From an uncultured Pseudomonadota bacterium (GTDB taxonomy: Bacteria > Vulcanimicrobiota > Vulcanimicrobiia > Eremiobacterales > Eremiobacteraceae): a stretch of 64,000 bases of DNA. Positions 27,501 to 37,219 of this stretch are shown here, piece by piece (position 1 is the stretch's first letter; every line of letters begins with the position of its first letter). Location: assembly GCA_963736005.1 (NCBI GenBank), contig CAVTNB010000003.1, positions 192,001-256,000 on the forward strand. Direction: 5' to 3'. The notes under the pieces are model-generated. The model saw only the letters and a program-made list of their open reading frames with translations, was not told the DNA's origin and ran no database searches. The position numbers and the translations under genes are program-made.

Positions 27501-28274
27501 TCAAACGATGCCCAAAATATTGTAGCCGGCGTCAACATACAACACTTGACCCGTGATTGCCGATGACAGATCGCTTGCCAAGAAGACTGCCACGTTGCCT
27601 ATGTCCTCGGCAATCGCATTGCGTCGCAGGGGCGACTTGACTGCTAGGTCGGTCAGAATCTTGGTAAAGTCTCCGACCGCGCGCGCCGATGCCGTTTTGA
27701 TCGGCCCGGCCGATATCGCGTTGACGCGCACGCCACCCATCTCTCCCAGGTCCGCCGCCAAATAGCGCACCGAAGATTCCAAGGCCGCCTTCGCGACGCC
27801 CATGACGTTGTAGTTGCGGACGGCACGGACCGAACCCAAATACGTCATCGCCATGACCGAGGCGTGCTCCGCGAATAATGGAGCAAGTCGTTGACATAAC
27901 GCGACGAGCGAGTACGCGCTGATATCAAGCGCCAACGAGAATCCGGATCGCGTGGTGGCAAAGAACTTGCCCGACAGCTCCTCCTTGCGTGCGAACGCCA
28001 GGCTGTGAACGAGCACATCGATCTTTCCGAACTTGTCAGCTATGAAGCCACCGAGCGCGTCGAGGCTCTCGTCGGAGGCGACGTCGGCCGCCATCGTGGG
28101 CGCACCTCCAAGCTCAGCGGCAAGCTTCTCCACGTCGTCGCGGGTTCGCTCACCCTCGTAGGTGAGAGCGAGCGACGCGCCATGCGCGTGCAGTGCGCGG
28201 GCGATCGCCGTTGCAATGCTCCAGCGGTTTGCGACGCCAAGCACGCACGCTTTCTTACCAGTCAGCAATCCCAT
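27501..28274 (-). CDS. fabI: Enoyl-ACP reductase
   Basis: GVANRWSIA, HSLAFA, YNVMGVAKAALE, NAISAGPIKT. Confidence 0.95.
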   Translation of the reverse strand: MGLLTGKKACVLGVANRWSIATAIARALHAHGASLALTYEGERTRDDVEKLAAELGGAPTMAADVASDESLDALGGFIADKFGKIDVLVHSLAFARKEELSGKFFATTRSGFSLALDISAYSLVALCQRLAPLFAEHASVMAMTYLGSVRAVRNYNVMGVAKAALESSVRYLAADLGEMGGVRVNAISAGPIKTASARAVGDFTKILTDLAVKSPLRRNAIAEDIGNVAVFLASDLSSAITGQVLYVDAGYNILGIV

Positions 28275-28280
28275 CGAGCG

Positions 28281-28892
28281 CTAACGAGCCGCCGCGAAGC
28301 GCTGCGCAACGGCATCCCAGTTGACGACGTTCCACCACGCGTTGAGATAATCGGCACGGCGGTTTTGGTACTTCAGATAATAAGCGTGCTCCCAAACGTC
28401 GTTGCCCATGATGGGCAAAAGGCCGCTCGACATGGGATTATCTTGGTTGGCCGTGCTTGTAACAGAAAGCTTTCCATCGCGCGAGCGCGCAAGCCATACC
28501 CACCCGCTCCCGAATTGCTTCAGACCGGTATCGACAAACAGCTTCTTGAACGCGTCGAAGTCGCCGAATGCGGATTTCAGCGCATCGGCCAGCGGGCCTT
28601 TTGGCTCGCCGCCACGGCCCGGACCCATGATCGTCCAGAACATCGAGTGATTGACGTGCCCGCCTCCGTTGTTACGCACTGCAGTACGAATATCTTCAGG
28701 CACAGAGGCAAGGTCTGCAATGAGGTCTTCTGCGCTCTTGCTTGCAAGCTCAGGGTGCTTTTCGATCGCCGCGTTGAGATTGGTCACATAGGTCGCGTGG
28801 TGCTTGTCGTGGTGAAGCGTCATCGTTTCTTTGTCGATGGATGGTTCGAGTGCATCGTATGCGTAGGGAAGCGCCGGTACTTCAAAAGCCAT
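28281..28892 (-). CDS. sodA: Mn/Fe superoxide dismutase
   Basis: [22 protein letters not shown] (Mn-type), [13 protein letters not shown]. Confidence 0.93.
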   Translation of the reverse strand: MAFEVPALPYAYDALEPSIDKETMTLHHDKHHATYVTNLNAAIEKHPELASKSAEDLIADLASVPEDIRTAVRNNGGGHVNHSMFWTIMGPGRGGEPKGPLADALKSAFGDFDAFKKLFVDTGLKQFGSGWVWLARSRDGKLSVTSTANQDNPMSSGLLPIMGNDVWEHAYYLKYQNRRADYLNAWWNVVNWDAVAQRFAAAR

Positions 28893-29028
28893 GATCTCTT
28901 CCTCCGAGATTTTCAAGAGCTCGATCAGTGTTGGGAAGTAGCGATTTGTGCGCACGTAGCGCATCTCCTAGGAAATGTCGAGCCGCCCTGAAGGTTCGCC
29001 GCTGCACCTTCGGGTAGAGAGCAGGCCC

Positions 29029-29274
29029 ATGCGTGTAATGGTGCGGTTTTTTGCGGCGCATCGCGAAGCAACAGGACAACCGACATACGGCGCAGACGTG
29101 CCCGAGGGCACCCGCGCCTCGGAGGTGCTCGGCATGCTGCGCGAACGATTCCCGCGCCTCTTGGCAGTCTCGGACCACGTCGCCTTTGCCGTCAATCAAA
29201 CGGTCGTGCAGGCAGACACCGTGCTGCGCGACGGCGACGAACTCGCTCTGCTCCCGCCCATGGCCGGCGGGTGA
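29029..29274 (+). CDS. moaD: Molybdopterin synthase sulfur carrier subunit
   Basis: VRFFAAHRE, AVNQ, C-terminal LPPMAGG. Confidence 0.9.
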   Translation: MRVMVRFFAAHREATGQPTYGADVPEGTRASEVLGMLRERFPRLLAVSDHVAFAVNQTVVQADTVLRDGDELALLPPMAGG

Positions 29275-29690
29275 TGAAGCTCTTCGTCATCTCCGGCGAT
29301 TCGCTGGATGAACCCGCTGTCACCCACGCGGTTGCAAGCACCGGCGCCGGCGGAGTGGTGACCTTTGTGGGAAGGGTGCGCGACAACGCGCGCGGCCATA
29401 AAGTGATTGCGCTCGAGTACGAAGCCTATCCGGAAATGGCAGAAGCGATCTTCGCGCAGATCGCCGCGGAAGCCAAGTCCCGCTTTGCGATTTCGGAGGT
29501 AGCCATCCATCATCGCTATGGCAGGCTCGAAGTTGGTGAACCAAGTGTGGTCGTCGCGGTCGCTGCCCCGCATCGGAGCGCCGCGTTTGAGGCTTGCCGT
29601 TACGCCATCGATCAACTAAAAACTCGCGCGCCTATTTGGAAAAAGGAATTTGGACCCGATGGTGCGGTTTGGGTGGACGATCGGCCATAG
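29274..29690 (+). CDS. moaE: Molybdopterin synthase catalytic subunit
   Basis: GGVVTFVGRVRD, LEYEAYPEMA, HRYGRL, PIWKKE. Confidence 0.95.
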   Translation: MKLFVISGDSLDEPAVTHAVASTGAGGVVTFVGRVRDNARGHKVIALEYEAYPEMAEAIFAQIAAEAKSRFAISEVAIHHRYGRLEVGEPSVVVAVAAPHRSAAFEACRYAIDQLKTRAPIWKKEFGPDGAVWVDDRP

Positions 29691-29719
29691 CCGTCGCGAA
29701 GACATTCGCGATCCTAGAG

Positions 29720-30934
29720 TTAACCTGTAAACGTGATGCCGAAGTATCTGGGAATGAGCGTGCCTAGGACGTAGCCCAAAAGACCGGCGACGGTTCCGAT
29801 AACAAACGTTTCCAAACCGGACTTCCACTGGTTTGTATCCGCCACGCGCGCTTTCACGACGCCGACGCCGAAGAGCACGGCCGCTGCCAAGAGAACGGAC
29901 GACCAGAATGCGGTCGGACCATGCAGCAGTGTGTACGGAAGAATCGGAAAGACCGCGCCGCTCAGAAACGATAAGGCCATCACACCGGCGTTCTTGAGCG
30001 GGTTTTCCTTTGGCTCGATATCGAGTCCCAGCTCTTCTCGGGCCATGACACGCAACAACCTCTGCGGATCCTTTGAAACTTCGAGCGCTGCGGCCCGCGC
30101 CTGTGCAAGAGGCATTCCATGTTGGCGGTAAATCTCGATCAACTCCGCGAGCTCTTCCGCCGGTCTCTCGGCAATTTCGCGCGCTTCGCTTGCGACTTCG
30201 GCCCGGCCAACTTCCGCTTCAGCCTTCGATGACAGGTAGCTGCCGGCACTCATCGCGATCATCCCCGCAAAGCCCGACGCAAGCCCGGCCAGCAAGATGT
30301 CGCTGTTGCTGTGCGTGGCACCATAGAATGCCGACACTACAGACACGGTCGTGAGCGCACCATCCTGAGCCCCGAAGACAACTTCTCGGATGCGAGAGCG
30401 GGAGGCAATTCGCTCGCGTTCGCTCCGCATCTCGGGCGGTCCGTGAACTTTTTTTGGCTGCGCAGGTGCGCGAGGCTGCGGAGGATGTGGCGCTTGCGCA
30501 CTCGCCGCGCGAGCTTGCCCGTCTGTGGCCGGCCCTGTTTTGGGCTTTGCGAGACCCTCGAGGATGTCTTGAAAAAGGGTAATGTGGTAGCGCTCGCGAT
30601 CCAGCGCCAATTCAAAGACGGCGACCGCATCTACGCGCCCTTCGGCCCGCGCCTCTTCAATGTAGCGTGGATAATTTGTTTCGCTCTCTTTAGCTTCTTC
30701 TAAGATGACGTGGCGCAGGTTGTCGGCGGTTGTCTTGACAGCCCCCAACGGGGCGAGCAGCGCTTGGGCATGGATGGCCTCGGAACCGGCGGCCTCCATG
30801 AAAGCCTGCGCGGCTTTCGGGTGGCCCTCGTTGAGCGCGGCCTGAGCGTATGCCGAGTAGAGCCGGTTTGCTTTGGCCTCGTCCGCGAAGGCAATCCATA
30901 GGTTGACGTCGGTCTTTGTGACTCTTGCTTCCAT
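29720..30934 (-). CDS. Rubrerythrin-like di-iron domain fused to VIT1/CCC1 iron transporter
   Basis: N-terminal AFADEAKANRLY/EAIHA/ERYH; Pro-rich linker; REVVFGAQDG, SMSAGSYLS, REELG. Confidence 0.85.
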   Translation of the reverse strand: MEARVTKTDVNLWIAFADEAKANRLYSAYAQAALNEGHPKAAQAFMEAAGSEAIHAQALLAPLGAVKTTADNLRHVILEEAKESETNYPRYIEEARAEGRVDAVAVFELALDRERYHITLFQDILEGLAKPKTGPATDGQARAASAQAPHPPQPRAPAQPKKVHGPPEMRSERERIASRSRIREVVFGAQDGALTTVSVVSAFYGATHSNSDILLAGLASGFAGMIAMSAGSYLSSKAEAEVGRAEVASEAREIAERPAEELAELIEIYRQHGMPLAQARAAALEVSKDPQRLLRVMAREELGLDIEPKENPLKNAGVMALSFLSGAVFPILPYTLLHGPTAFWSSVLLAAAVLFGVGVVKARVADTNQWKSGLETFVIGTVAGLLGYVLGTLIPRYFGITFTG

Positions 30935-30943
30935 CGAGCAAGG

Positions 30944-31891
30944 TTGTTCTCGATCAATGCGCAAGATTCCGCCGCTTTGCAACGATCAGACTTTTTCGTC
31001 AAGGATGACCGAGTGCGTCCGCTATGGCGCATCATCACCTTCATCATCGCCGTTCCAATCGTCAGCCTGGTGCTGTGGAGTCTGTACTTCATAGCCATGG
31101 GAGGATTGGTACGCGAACCGTCGTTTCTCTCCGAAGAAATTTCGGGAGAAATCGTCACGGCGATCTCGGCGCTGCTGGTTGCTCTGTGGCTGCGGCGCTT
31201 TGTCGACCGCCGCTCGATTGCTTCGCTCGGTTTTGCGCCGCGAGGACCTTGGTTGAGGCTGTTATTCTTAGGACTAGCTTTTGGCGCGGGCATGCAAGGC
31301 GTTGCGTTCGCCGTCGAAGCACTCACCAAGAGCACAAGGATCGTTGGGTTTGGCAACGTCTCCTCAGATGCGAAGATCCTCGCGGCTGCTTTGGGCGTCT
31401 TCTTGGCAGGGGCGTTGCTCGAAGAACTCTCGTTTCGCGGGTACTTGTTTCAGAATTTCTGGGAAGCATTCGGCGTGGTGCCGGCCATCGTGATCACGTC
31501 GCTGCTGTTTGCCGGCATTCATCTCTACAATCCGAACGCGCAATCGAACGTCGTGCAAACGCTCCTGGGGCTGCTCGCCTATGCCGTGTGGGCGTGTTGC
31601 AGTCTGCTGTGGACCAGATCTCTCTGGCTGGCACTTGGCGCGCACCTTGCCTGGAATCTTTTCGAAGGGCCAGTGTTTGGCTTTCCGGTTAGCGGTCTTG
31701 TGATGCCCGCCCCCACGGTGCTGGCGCAAAGCGTGAGCGGACCCGCCTGGCTCACCGGTGGCAGCTTCGGACCTGAAGCAGGGGTCAGCTCGCTCGTCGC
31801 GTTGACCGTCGGATTCGTGCTCCTGCGCCTGCTGTACGTGAGAGGAACGTTCGCAAGCGCACCCGACGTGCGCGAAAAATACGCGCGCTAA
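30944..31891 (+). CDS. CPBP family intramembrane metalloprotease (CAAX/Abi)
   Basis: EELSFRGY, FAGIH..NP, HLAWN, GPEAG. Start uncertain. Confidence 0.88.
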   Translation: MFSINAQDSAALQRSDFFVKDDRVRPLWRIITFIIAVPIVSLVLWSLYFIAMGGLVREPSFLSEEISGEIVTAISALLVALWLRRFVDRRSIASLGFAPRGPWLRLLFLGLAFGAGMQGVAFAVEALTKSTRIVGFGNVSSDAKILAAALGVFLAGALLEELSFRGYLFQNFWEAFGVVPAIVITSLLFAGIHLYNPNAQSNVVQTLLGLLAYAVWACCSLLWTRSLWLALGAHLAWNLFEGPVFGFPVSGLVMPAPTVLAQSVSGPAWLTGGSFGPEAGVSSLVALTVGFVLLRLLYVRGTFASAPDVREKYAR

Positions 31892-33054
31892 GTAATTCTT
31901 CGGTCCTTCCAAACTTGACCGCGGCCGCTGAGAATTCTCCAGGCGGACGCCGCCATCACTGCAGCTGCGAAAACCCCCGATGCGGGGGTCAGGAGAACGG
32001 ACGTCGCGGTGGTTTTTATGCCAACGGCCGGATCGCGGATGAGGCGGACGAGGACGGTCGCTGCAACACTCACGGCGCTTGCAGCTGCCAGCATGCGCAT
32101 CTGTCGGGAGAGCGGCCCGCGCGCTCGTGCGACCGCCGCGCCCACAAGCGTCGGGATCGGCAGCACGAGCATCGCAAGATAACCTAAGACAGCGATGCCA
32201 GCACCAAAGCGATTGCGCCGCACGCCCTCGTAAAAATTCTTGCGCCAGCCTCTCCACATTTCGCCAAAGCCCCGATACATGCGCACTCGTATGAGCTCGC
32301 TGCCGTCGAGCATGCGTATCCGGTAACCGAAGCCTTTGAATCGCTCGGCAAGGTCGCGATCTTCGGCGATGGACGCTCGAACCGCGGCATGGCCTCCAAC
32401 AAGCCAATACGCCGGCGCACGGACCAGCATGAAGCCTCCGGCTAAGAGCGCCGTTGGCAAGCGCTCGTCGTGGATGGCAAAGACCGGCATGGCCGAGAAG
32501 ATGACTGACGCAATCACCGGCATAATCTGGCGCTCCCAAAAGGTTCCACACACAAGCGTCGAGGTGGCGGAGAGAGCATCCGCGTCAAGCACACGGGCGG
32601 CCTGCAGCGCGCTCGGCAACGCCTCCGGCTGCATGCGCATGTCAGCGTCGCTAAAGAGCAGCCACGTGCCCCGGGCTCGTCGAGCTCCGAGGTATGCCGC
32701 CCATGGCTTGCCGACCCAACCCGCTGGCGGCGGCGAGCCTTGCACTACCTCGACGCGCCGATCTTCCCCCGCGGCGCTAACAGCTGCCGCGAAGGTCTCG
32801 TCCTGCGAATCGTCGTCGACCACAATGATCTGCAGATCGCGCACCCGCTGGCGTCTTGCATCAAAGACCCAGTCGGCAATATTGTTTGCCTCGTTTCTCG
32901 CCGGCACAATGATTGACACCGCGTCGAGCTCTTCGAAGCTGCGCCTGCGGCGTATCGGGCGCAAGGCTCGCCGGTCTGCAATCGTCACGCCCGCAACGAC
33001 AAGCCAGGCGGCAGCGGCAACCAGGTGCACAGCAAGAAACGAGGCTGGGCCAAT
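31888..33054 (-). CDS. Glycosyltransferase family 2 (CrtQ/HpnB-like); start uncertain (ATT 33054 or GTG 33030)
   Basis: SIIVPARNE, VDDDSQD, PPAGWVGKPWA, DAD, AED, RMY. Confidence 0.82.
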   Translation of the reverse strand: MGPASFLAVHLVAAAAWLVVAGVTIADRRALRPIRRRRSFEELDAVSIIVPARNEANNIADWVFDARRQRVRDLQIIVVDDDSQDETFAAAVSAAGEDRRVEVVQGSPPPAGWVGKPWAAYLGARRARGTWLLFSDADMRMQPEALPSALQAARVLDADALSATSTLVCGTFWERQIMPVIASVIFSAMPVFAIHDERLPTALLAGGFMLVRAPAYWLVGGHAAVRASIAEDRDLAERFKGFGYRIRMLDGSELIRVRMYRGFGEMWRGWRKNFYEGVRRNRFGAGIAVLGYLAMLVLPIPTLVGAAVARARGPLSRQMRMLAAASAVSVAATVLVRLIRDPAVGIKTTATSVLLTPASGVFAAAVMAASAWRILSGRGQVWKDRRIT

Positions 33055-33100
33055 CGCCCCGCCTCGTTTGCGCGCTCTGGGTCGCTCGCTTGACTGCGAG

Positions 33101-33487
33101 CTAGAATCCCTCGTCCGAATCGTCCGAGTACTCGTCTTCTTCTTCAGTAAACGGCTCTTCGAAATCTTCGCTCTCGTCGTAGCCGCCAATCGTGACCGAT
33201 TCTTCCTCTTCGATGTGCGTTTGCTCGAGCAACGGTTCTTCTTCGCTGCGGTGGGTACCATGCTTCGGTGCGGCACCATTGGCGCGCGCGGCCGAGTGCG
33301 GACCGCGCTTACCCAGCGTCCGCTTGGGCTTGGCGCTCTTGCTTGGCGCTTTCGCGCGAGTGCGGCTTTTCGGTTTGGGGCGTGGTGCGGGCTTGCGCGC
33401 GGCCGACTTGCGAGCCGCGCGTCGAACTGCCTTCTTTACCTTCTTGCTCGGCTTCGACGCCGAACGCTTCTTGCGGGTGGGGCTCAT
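33101..33487 (-). CDS. Low-complexity protein with basic histone-H1-like N half and acidic C half
   Basis: AAGGAGG RBS; K/R/A/P-rich first ~80 aa followed by an E/D-rich tail. Confidence 0.7.
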   Translation of the reverse strand: MSPTRKKRSASKPSKKVKKAVRRAARKSAARKPAPRPKPKSRTRAKAPSKSAKPKRTLGKRGPHSAARANGAAPKHGTHRSEEEPLLEQTHIEEEESVTIGGYDESEDFEEPFTEEEDEYSDDSDEGF

Positions 33488-33553
33488 GTGCGCCTCCTTG
33501 AGCTCGTTCGGCCGGCCGGATTGTTTGGCCGGCCTGTAGTCTCCTGCAAAGCG

Positions 33554-34003
33554 CTAGGAATTCATCTCGCGCACGACCTCGAGCACGTGCGCCGCATGCC
33601 CCGGCACTTTGACGGCCTCGAAAACATACCTGACGTTGCCGTCCTTATCTATGACGAAGGTTGTGCGCCTCGCGTTGCTCGTGGGTTCGGTCAGCACGCC
33701 GAGCACAGTGCAGATGGAACCAGTTGGATCCGCCAACAGCGGTGGCTCGATCCCTTGAGCCTTTGCGAACGCGATATGCGACTCAACGGCGTCGCGGGAA
33801 ACCCCGACGAGTGCGGTGTTCAATGCGGCGAAGTCAGCGGACCGCTGACTGAAGTCTTGCGCCTCGACCGTTCAGCCGGACGTGGCGTCCTTGGGATACG
33901 CCCACAACACGACCGATTTCGACCCGCGGAAGTCGGCCAGGTCAAGGGTTCCGTATTGGGTTTGCCCCTTGATGGGAGGCAGTAGTTTACCAATTGTAAC
34001 CAT
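33554..34003 (-). CDS. bcp: Peroxiredoxin Bcp/PrxQ with in-frame UGA at the peroxidatic position (probable selenoprotein)
   Basis: YPKDATSG-TGA-TVEAQDF continues in frame into GVSRD...LLAD...RRTTFVIDKDG; GGAGA RBS; 149 codons. Confidence 0.85.
33832..33850 (-). promoter_or_regulatory. Candidate bacterial SECIS hairpin
   Basis: AGTCAGCG-GTC-CGCTGACT; the loop begins with G, 29 nt after the UGA. Confidence 0.65.
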
Positions 34004-34014
34004 GGCATTCTCCA

Positions 34015-34347
34015 TTAGTGTTTGATCGGAACCAAGGGGCGCACTTCGAGGATTTGGTCGCCGACCCAGATGAGGGTGGGCGTACCTTTCACGGGCACGA
34101 ACCGGGCGCGGAGCCGGCACGCGCCGATGTCAACTTCCCAGATGTAGACCTGGCCCTCATAGAGCGTGTTCGAGCTTTTCGCAAAGGTCGTCGCACGGAA
34201 GGCAGCTTCTTCGGGATGCTCGCGCGGCACGAGTCCGACTTCGAGCTGCCCAACAAACGGCGCATGAAGATACACGGAGATGTTGATCACATCACCTGGG
34301 TTGTACACCTCTTTGTTCGCCGTGAGAACCACGCGTTCGATCTGCAT
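34015..34347 (-). CDS. Hypothetical beta-rich protein
   Basis: ORF directly upstream of bcp on the same strand; VLTANKEVYNPGDVINISV resembles an Ig/MG2-like strand pattern. Confidence 0.55.
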   Translation of the reverse strand: MQIERVVLTANKEVYNPGDVINISVYLHAPFVGQLEVGLVPREHPEEAAFRATTFAKSSNTLYEGQVYIWEVDIGACRLRARFVPVKGTPTLIWVGDQILEVRPLVPIKH

Positions 34348-34405
34348 CCGGCGCTCGTCGTTCGAGCCGGGGGCGCTTCGACCTTGCGACGAATGAGTGT
34401 TTTCC

Positions 34406-35863
34406 ATGAATGACGCCATCTTCGAACGGCTGGCTGCCATCGTTGGTCGCGACCACGCGACGATCCAGCCCGGCGATCTCTCGAACTATCAATACGATGG
34501 TTCTGCGGATCACGCCCTGCCGGAGGCCGTGGTCTCGCCGGGCAGCGCCCAGGAAGTTGCGGCGCTCGTCGCCCTGTGCAATGAATATGACTGCCCATAT
34601 CTCGCTCGCGGTGCGGGCACGGGACTCTCCGGCGGAGCCATCCCCGAGAGCGGTGGTGTCGTTCTCTCCATGGCGCGCCTGTGCCGGATCTTGGAGATCG
34701 ATCCTGTCAATCGGCTGGCAGTTGTCGAACCTGGCGTCGTCAATGCAAACATCAGCAGCGCGGTGAAACACCTCGGCTTGCAGTTCGTTCCCGATCCGTC
34801 CAGCCAAGGCGTATGCACGATCGGCGGCAACGTTGCCGAGAATTCGGGCGGCCTGCACTGCTTGGCGTATGGGGTGACCTCGCATCACGTGCTTGGCTGC
34901 GAAGTCGTGACGCCGCAGGGTGATATCGTGTGGTTCGGCGGAAAAACGGCTGACGCGCCAGGCTACGATCTGTTAGGAGTCTTTATCGGTTCCGAGGGCA
35001 CGCTCGGGATCGCGACCAAGATCGTCGTAAAGCTGACGCCCGTACGTCAAAGCTCCCGCACGTTGCTTGCGGTGTACGATGCAATTGACGATGCATCGCG
35101 GACCGTTTCGGACATCATCGCGGGTGGCATCATTCCGGCCGCACTGGAAATGATGGATCAGCTTTCGACTGCAACCATCGAAGCGTTCGTGCACGCTGGG
35201 TTTCCGACAGATGCGGGAGCCGTCCTTATCGTTGAGGTTGAGGGACTACCCGACAGTGCCGCCGAGTCAGCCGAGGCGGTTCGCGGCATTTGCACTCGCA
35301 ATGGCGCCCGTGAGGTGCGCGAAGCTCGCGATGCGGCAGAACGCGAGCGCATTTGGCTCGGGCGCAAGAGCGCCTTCGGGGCCATGGGAAGGCTCAGCAA
35401 GAGCTACTATGTTGCCGACGGGGTGATTCCGCGAACTAAGCTGCCGCAGGTGCTAGCTCAGGTCGCCGAGATCGGCGCGCGCTATGGCCTGCGGATCGCC
35501 AATGTCTTTCACGCCGGCGATGGCAATTTGCATCCGCTGATTGCCTTCGACGATCGAAAGCCGGGGGACTACGAGCGGACGGTCGCCGCGGCGGCTGACA
35601 TTCTTCGCGCCTGCGTGGAGGCGGGCGGCAGCATCTCGGGCGAGCATGGCATTGGTATCGAAAAACGTGACTGTATGACGCTGCAGTACGGCGCTGCGGA
35701 CCTTGCGCTGATGGCAAAACTCAAGTCGGCTTTTAATCCGCGCGGTCTCTGCAATCCAGCCAAAATGTTCCCCACTTCGCGCCGCTGTGGCGAGAGCTCG
35801 CGAATTCACGCAAGCGGCAAGCTGTCCGCCGACGTCGAGCGCTCCATCGGGCCGGCATTCTGA
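34406..35863 (+). CDS. glcD: Glycolate oxidase FAD-linked subunit
   Basis: RGAGTGLSGG, PDPSS, GSEGTLG, HAGDGNLHP, GEHGIG. Confidence 0.9.
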   Translation: MNDAIFERLAAIVGRDHATIQPGDLSNYQYDGSADHALPEAVVSPGSAQEVAALVALCNEYDCPYLARGAGTGLSGGAIPESGGVVLSMARLCRILEIDPVNRLAVVEPGVVNANISSAVKHLGLQFVPDPSSQGVCTIGGNVAENSGGLHCLAYGVTSHHVLGCEVVTPQGDIVWFGGKTADAPGYDLLGVFIGSEGTLGIATKIVVKLTPVRQSSRTLLAVYDAIDDASRTVSDIIAGGIIPAALEMMDQLSTATIEAFVHAGFPTDAGAVLIVEVEGLPDSAAESAEAVRGICTRNGAREVREARDAAERERIWLGRKSAFGAMGRLSKSYYVADGVIPRTKLPQVLAQVAEIGARYGLRIANVFHAGDGNLHPLIAFDDRKPGDYERTVAAAADILRACVEAGGSISGEHGIGIEKRDCMTLQYGAADLALMAKLKSAFNPRGLCNPAKMFPTSRRCGESSRIHASGKLSADVERSIGPAF

Positions 35864-37212
35864 TGCCTCGCAACGAGCTGCGAACGCTGAACCTTCCGAT
35901 CGCCGAGGAACTCGGACGGCGCGCCGGCATCCGGCCTCGCGTCCGTCCGGAGGAGTGTGCATCCTATGCGATCGCAGGTAAAGTCCCTAAGCTCGTCTTT
36001 TCGCCGCGCACGCTCTCAGAGGCATCCAAGACGATCCAGACGCTGACAGCCGAGGGTGCAAGCGTCATCGTACGTGGCGCCGGCACGAAGCAATTCCAGC
36101 CACCCTCGCCTGTGGACGTCGACGTCGTCTTGGATGCAACCCGGTGCAGTGGCGTGATCGACTACGTCCCAGCCGATCTCACGGTGACGGTTTTCGCCGG
36201 CACGACCTTTGTCGAGCTTGCGGAGGTTTTGCGAGCGCAACAACAATTTTTTGCGGCTGATCCTCCGTTTGCAAGCGATGCGACCATCGGCGGAATTTTG
36301 TCAGCCCGCAGCTCGGGAGCGCTGCGCCAGCAGTATGGGACTCCTCGCGACAACGTGCTCGGCATGCGCGTGTGCCTATCGGACGGAAGCATCGCGTTCA
36401 CCGGATCGAAAGTGGTCAAGAGCGTGGCCGGCTACGACATCGCCAAGCTCTTTGTGGGAGCGCGAGGTACGCTGGGCTTTATCGGCGAGGTGACGCTCAA
36501 GGTTGCGCCGCTTCCCGCGGAGCAACGTGGCGTCGTCGCGACGTTTTCCAGTGCGAGCCAAGCCTGTGCGGCGGTGGCGCAGATGAGTTCCCATGCGCTT
36601 TTCCCCATGGCGACAACGATGCACGACGCCGCTTCGACCCGGCACATTCGAGCGCTCGGACACGTGGGTGATGGCGACTGGACGCTTGTGGTGCGCTGCG
36701 GCGGATCGCGAGCGGGCGCAGGTACGCTTGCCGACGCCCTGAGCAAAGTCTGCATGCAAAGCGGGGCGCGTTCGACCTTGTTGCTCGATCACGATAGAAT
36801 CTTGTTTGGGTGGTCGGACATAGCCGAACTTGCGGGGGGCGCCATGTATGCCGCCGATCGATTCTTGAATTGCGAAATTACGTGCTTACCTTCAGAAGTG
36901 CCGGCTGTGTGCGCCATGGGCCAAACGCATGGCGGGAACGCGGAGGTCAGTGCACATCCGCACGCTGGCATCGTCTTCATGCATATTGATGCCACGCGGC
37001 ATGACGACCTCACAGGCGCATTGCATCTCATACAGGCCGAGGCGGAAGCAAACGGTTGGAGCATCGCGTATTTGCGGGCGCCACTCCCGTTGGGCGCAAA
37101 GCTGCGACAACCCGTGCCGCCGAGTTCACCAATCTTTCTCATGCGGCGCGTCAAGGCCGCCCTCGATCCAACTGGTACCTTCGATCCCGGCCGTTTTCTG
37201 GGTGGAATCTAA
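35863..37212 (+). CDS. glcE: Glycolate oxidase FAD-binding subunit
   Basis: RGAGTK, ATIGG, VVKSVAGYDIAKL, DPTGTFDPGR; lies between glcD and glcF. Confidence 0.82.
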   Translation: MPRNELRTLNLPIAEELGRRAGIRPRVRPEECASYAIAGKVPKLVFSPRTLSEASKTIQTLTAEGASVIVRGAGTKQFQPPSPVDVDVVLDATRCSGVIDYVPADLTVTVFAGTTFVELAEVLRAQQQFFAADPPFASDATIGGILSARSSGALRQQYGTPRDNVLGMRVCLSDGSIAFTGSKVVKSVAGYDIAKLFVGARGTLGFIGEVTLKVAPLPAEQRGVVATFSSASQACAAVAQMSSHALFPMATTMHDAASTRHIRALGHVGDGDWTLVVRCGGSRAGAGTLADALSKVCMQSGARSTLLLDHDRILFGWSDIAELAGGAMYAADRFLNCEITCLPSEVPAVCAMGQTHGGNAEVSAHPHAGIVFMHIDATRHDDLTGALHLIQAEAEANGWSIAYLRAPLPLGAKLRQPVPPSSPIFLMRRVKAALDPTGTFDPGRFLGGI

Positions 37213-37219
37213 ATCGCTC

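Noticed and set aside
27629..27647. GGGCGACTTGAC inside fabI resembling REP family B
   Set aside because: Only a half match, and it encodes the conserved SPLRR region, so likely coincidence.
28985..29015. Hairpin upstream of moaD as a Moco riboswitch
   Set aside because: A single stem (CCCTGAAGGT/ACCTTCGGG) without the multi-stem architecture; insufficient support.
33055..33279. Long basic N-terminal extension of the glycosyltransferase ORF
   Set aside because: It is an alternative frame of the 33101-33487 gene; the real start is probably near 33030-33054.
32336..33985. 549-aa + strand ORF
   Set aside because: Antisense shadow of the glycosyltransferase, basic/acidic protein and bcp genes in GC-rich DNA.
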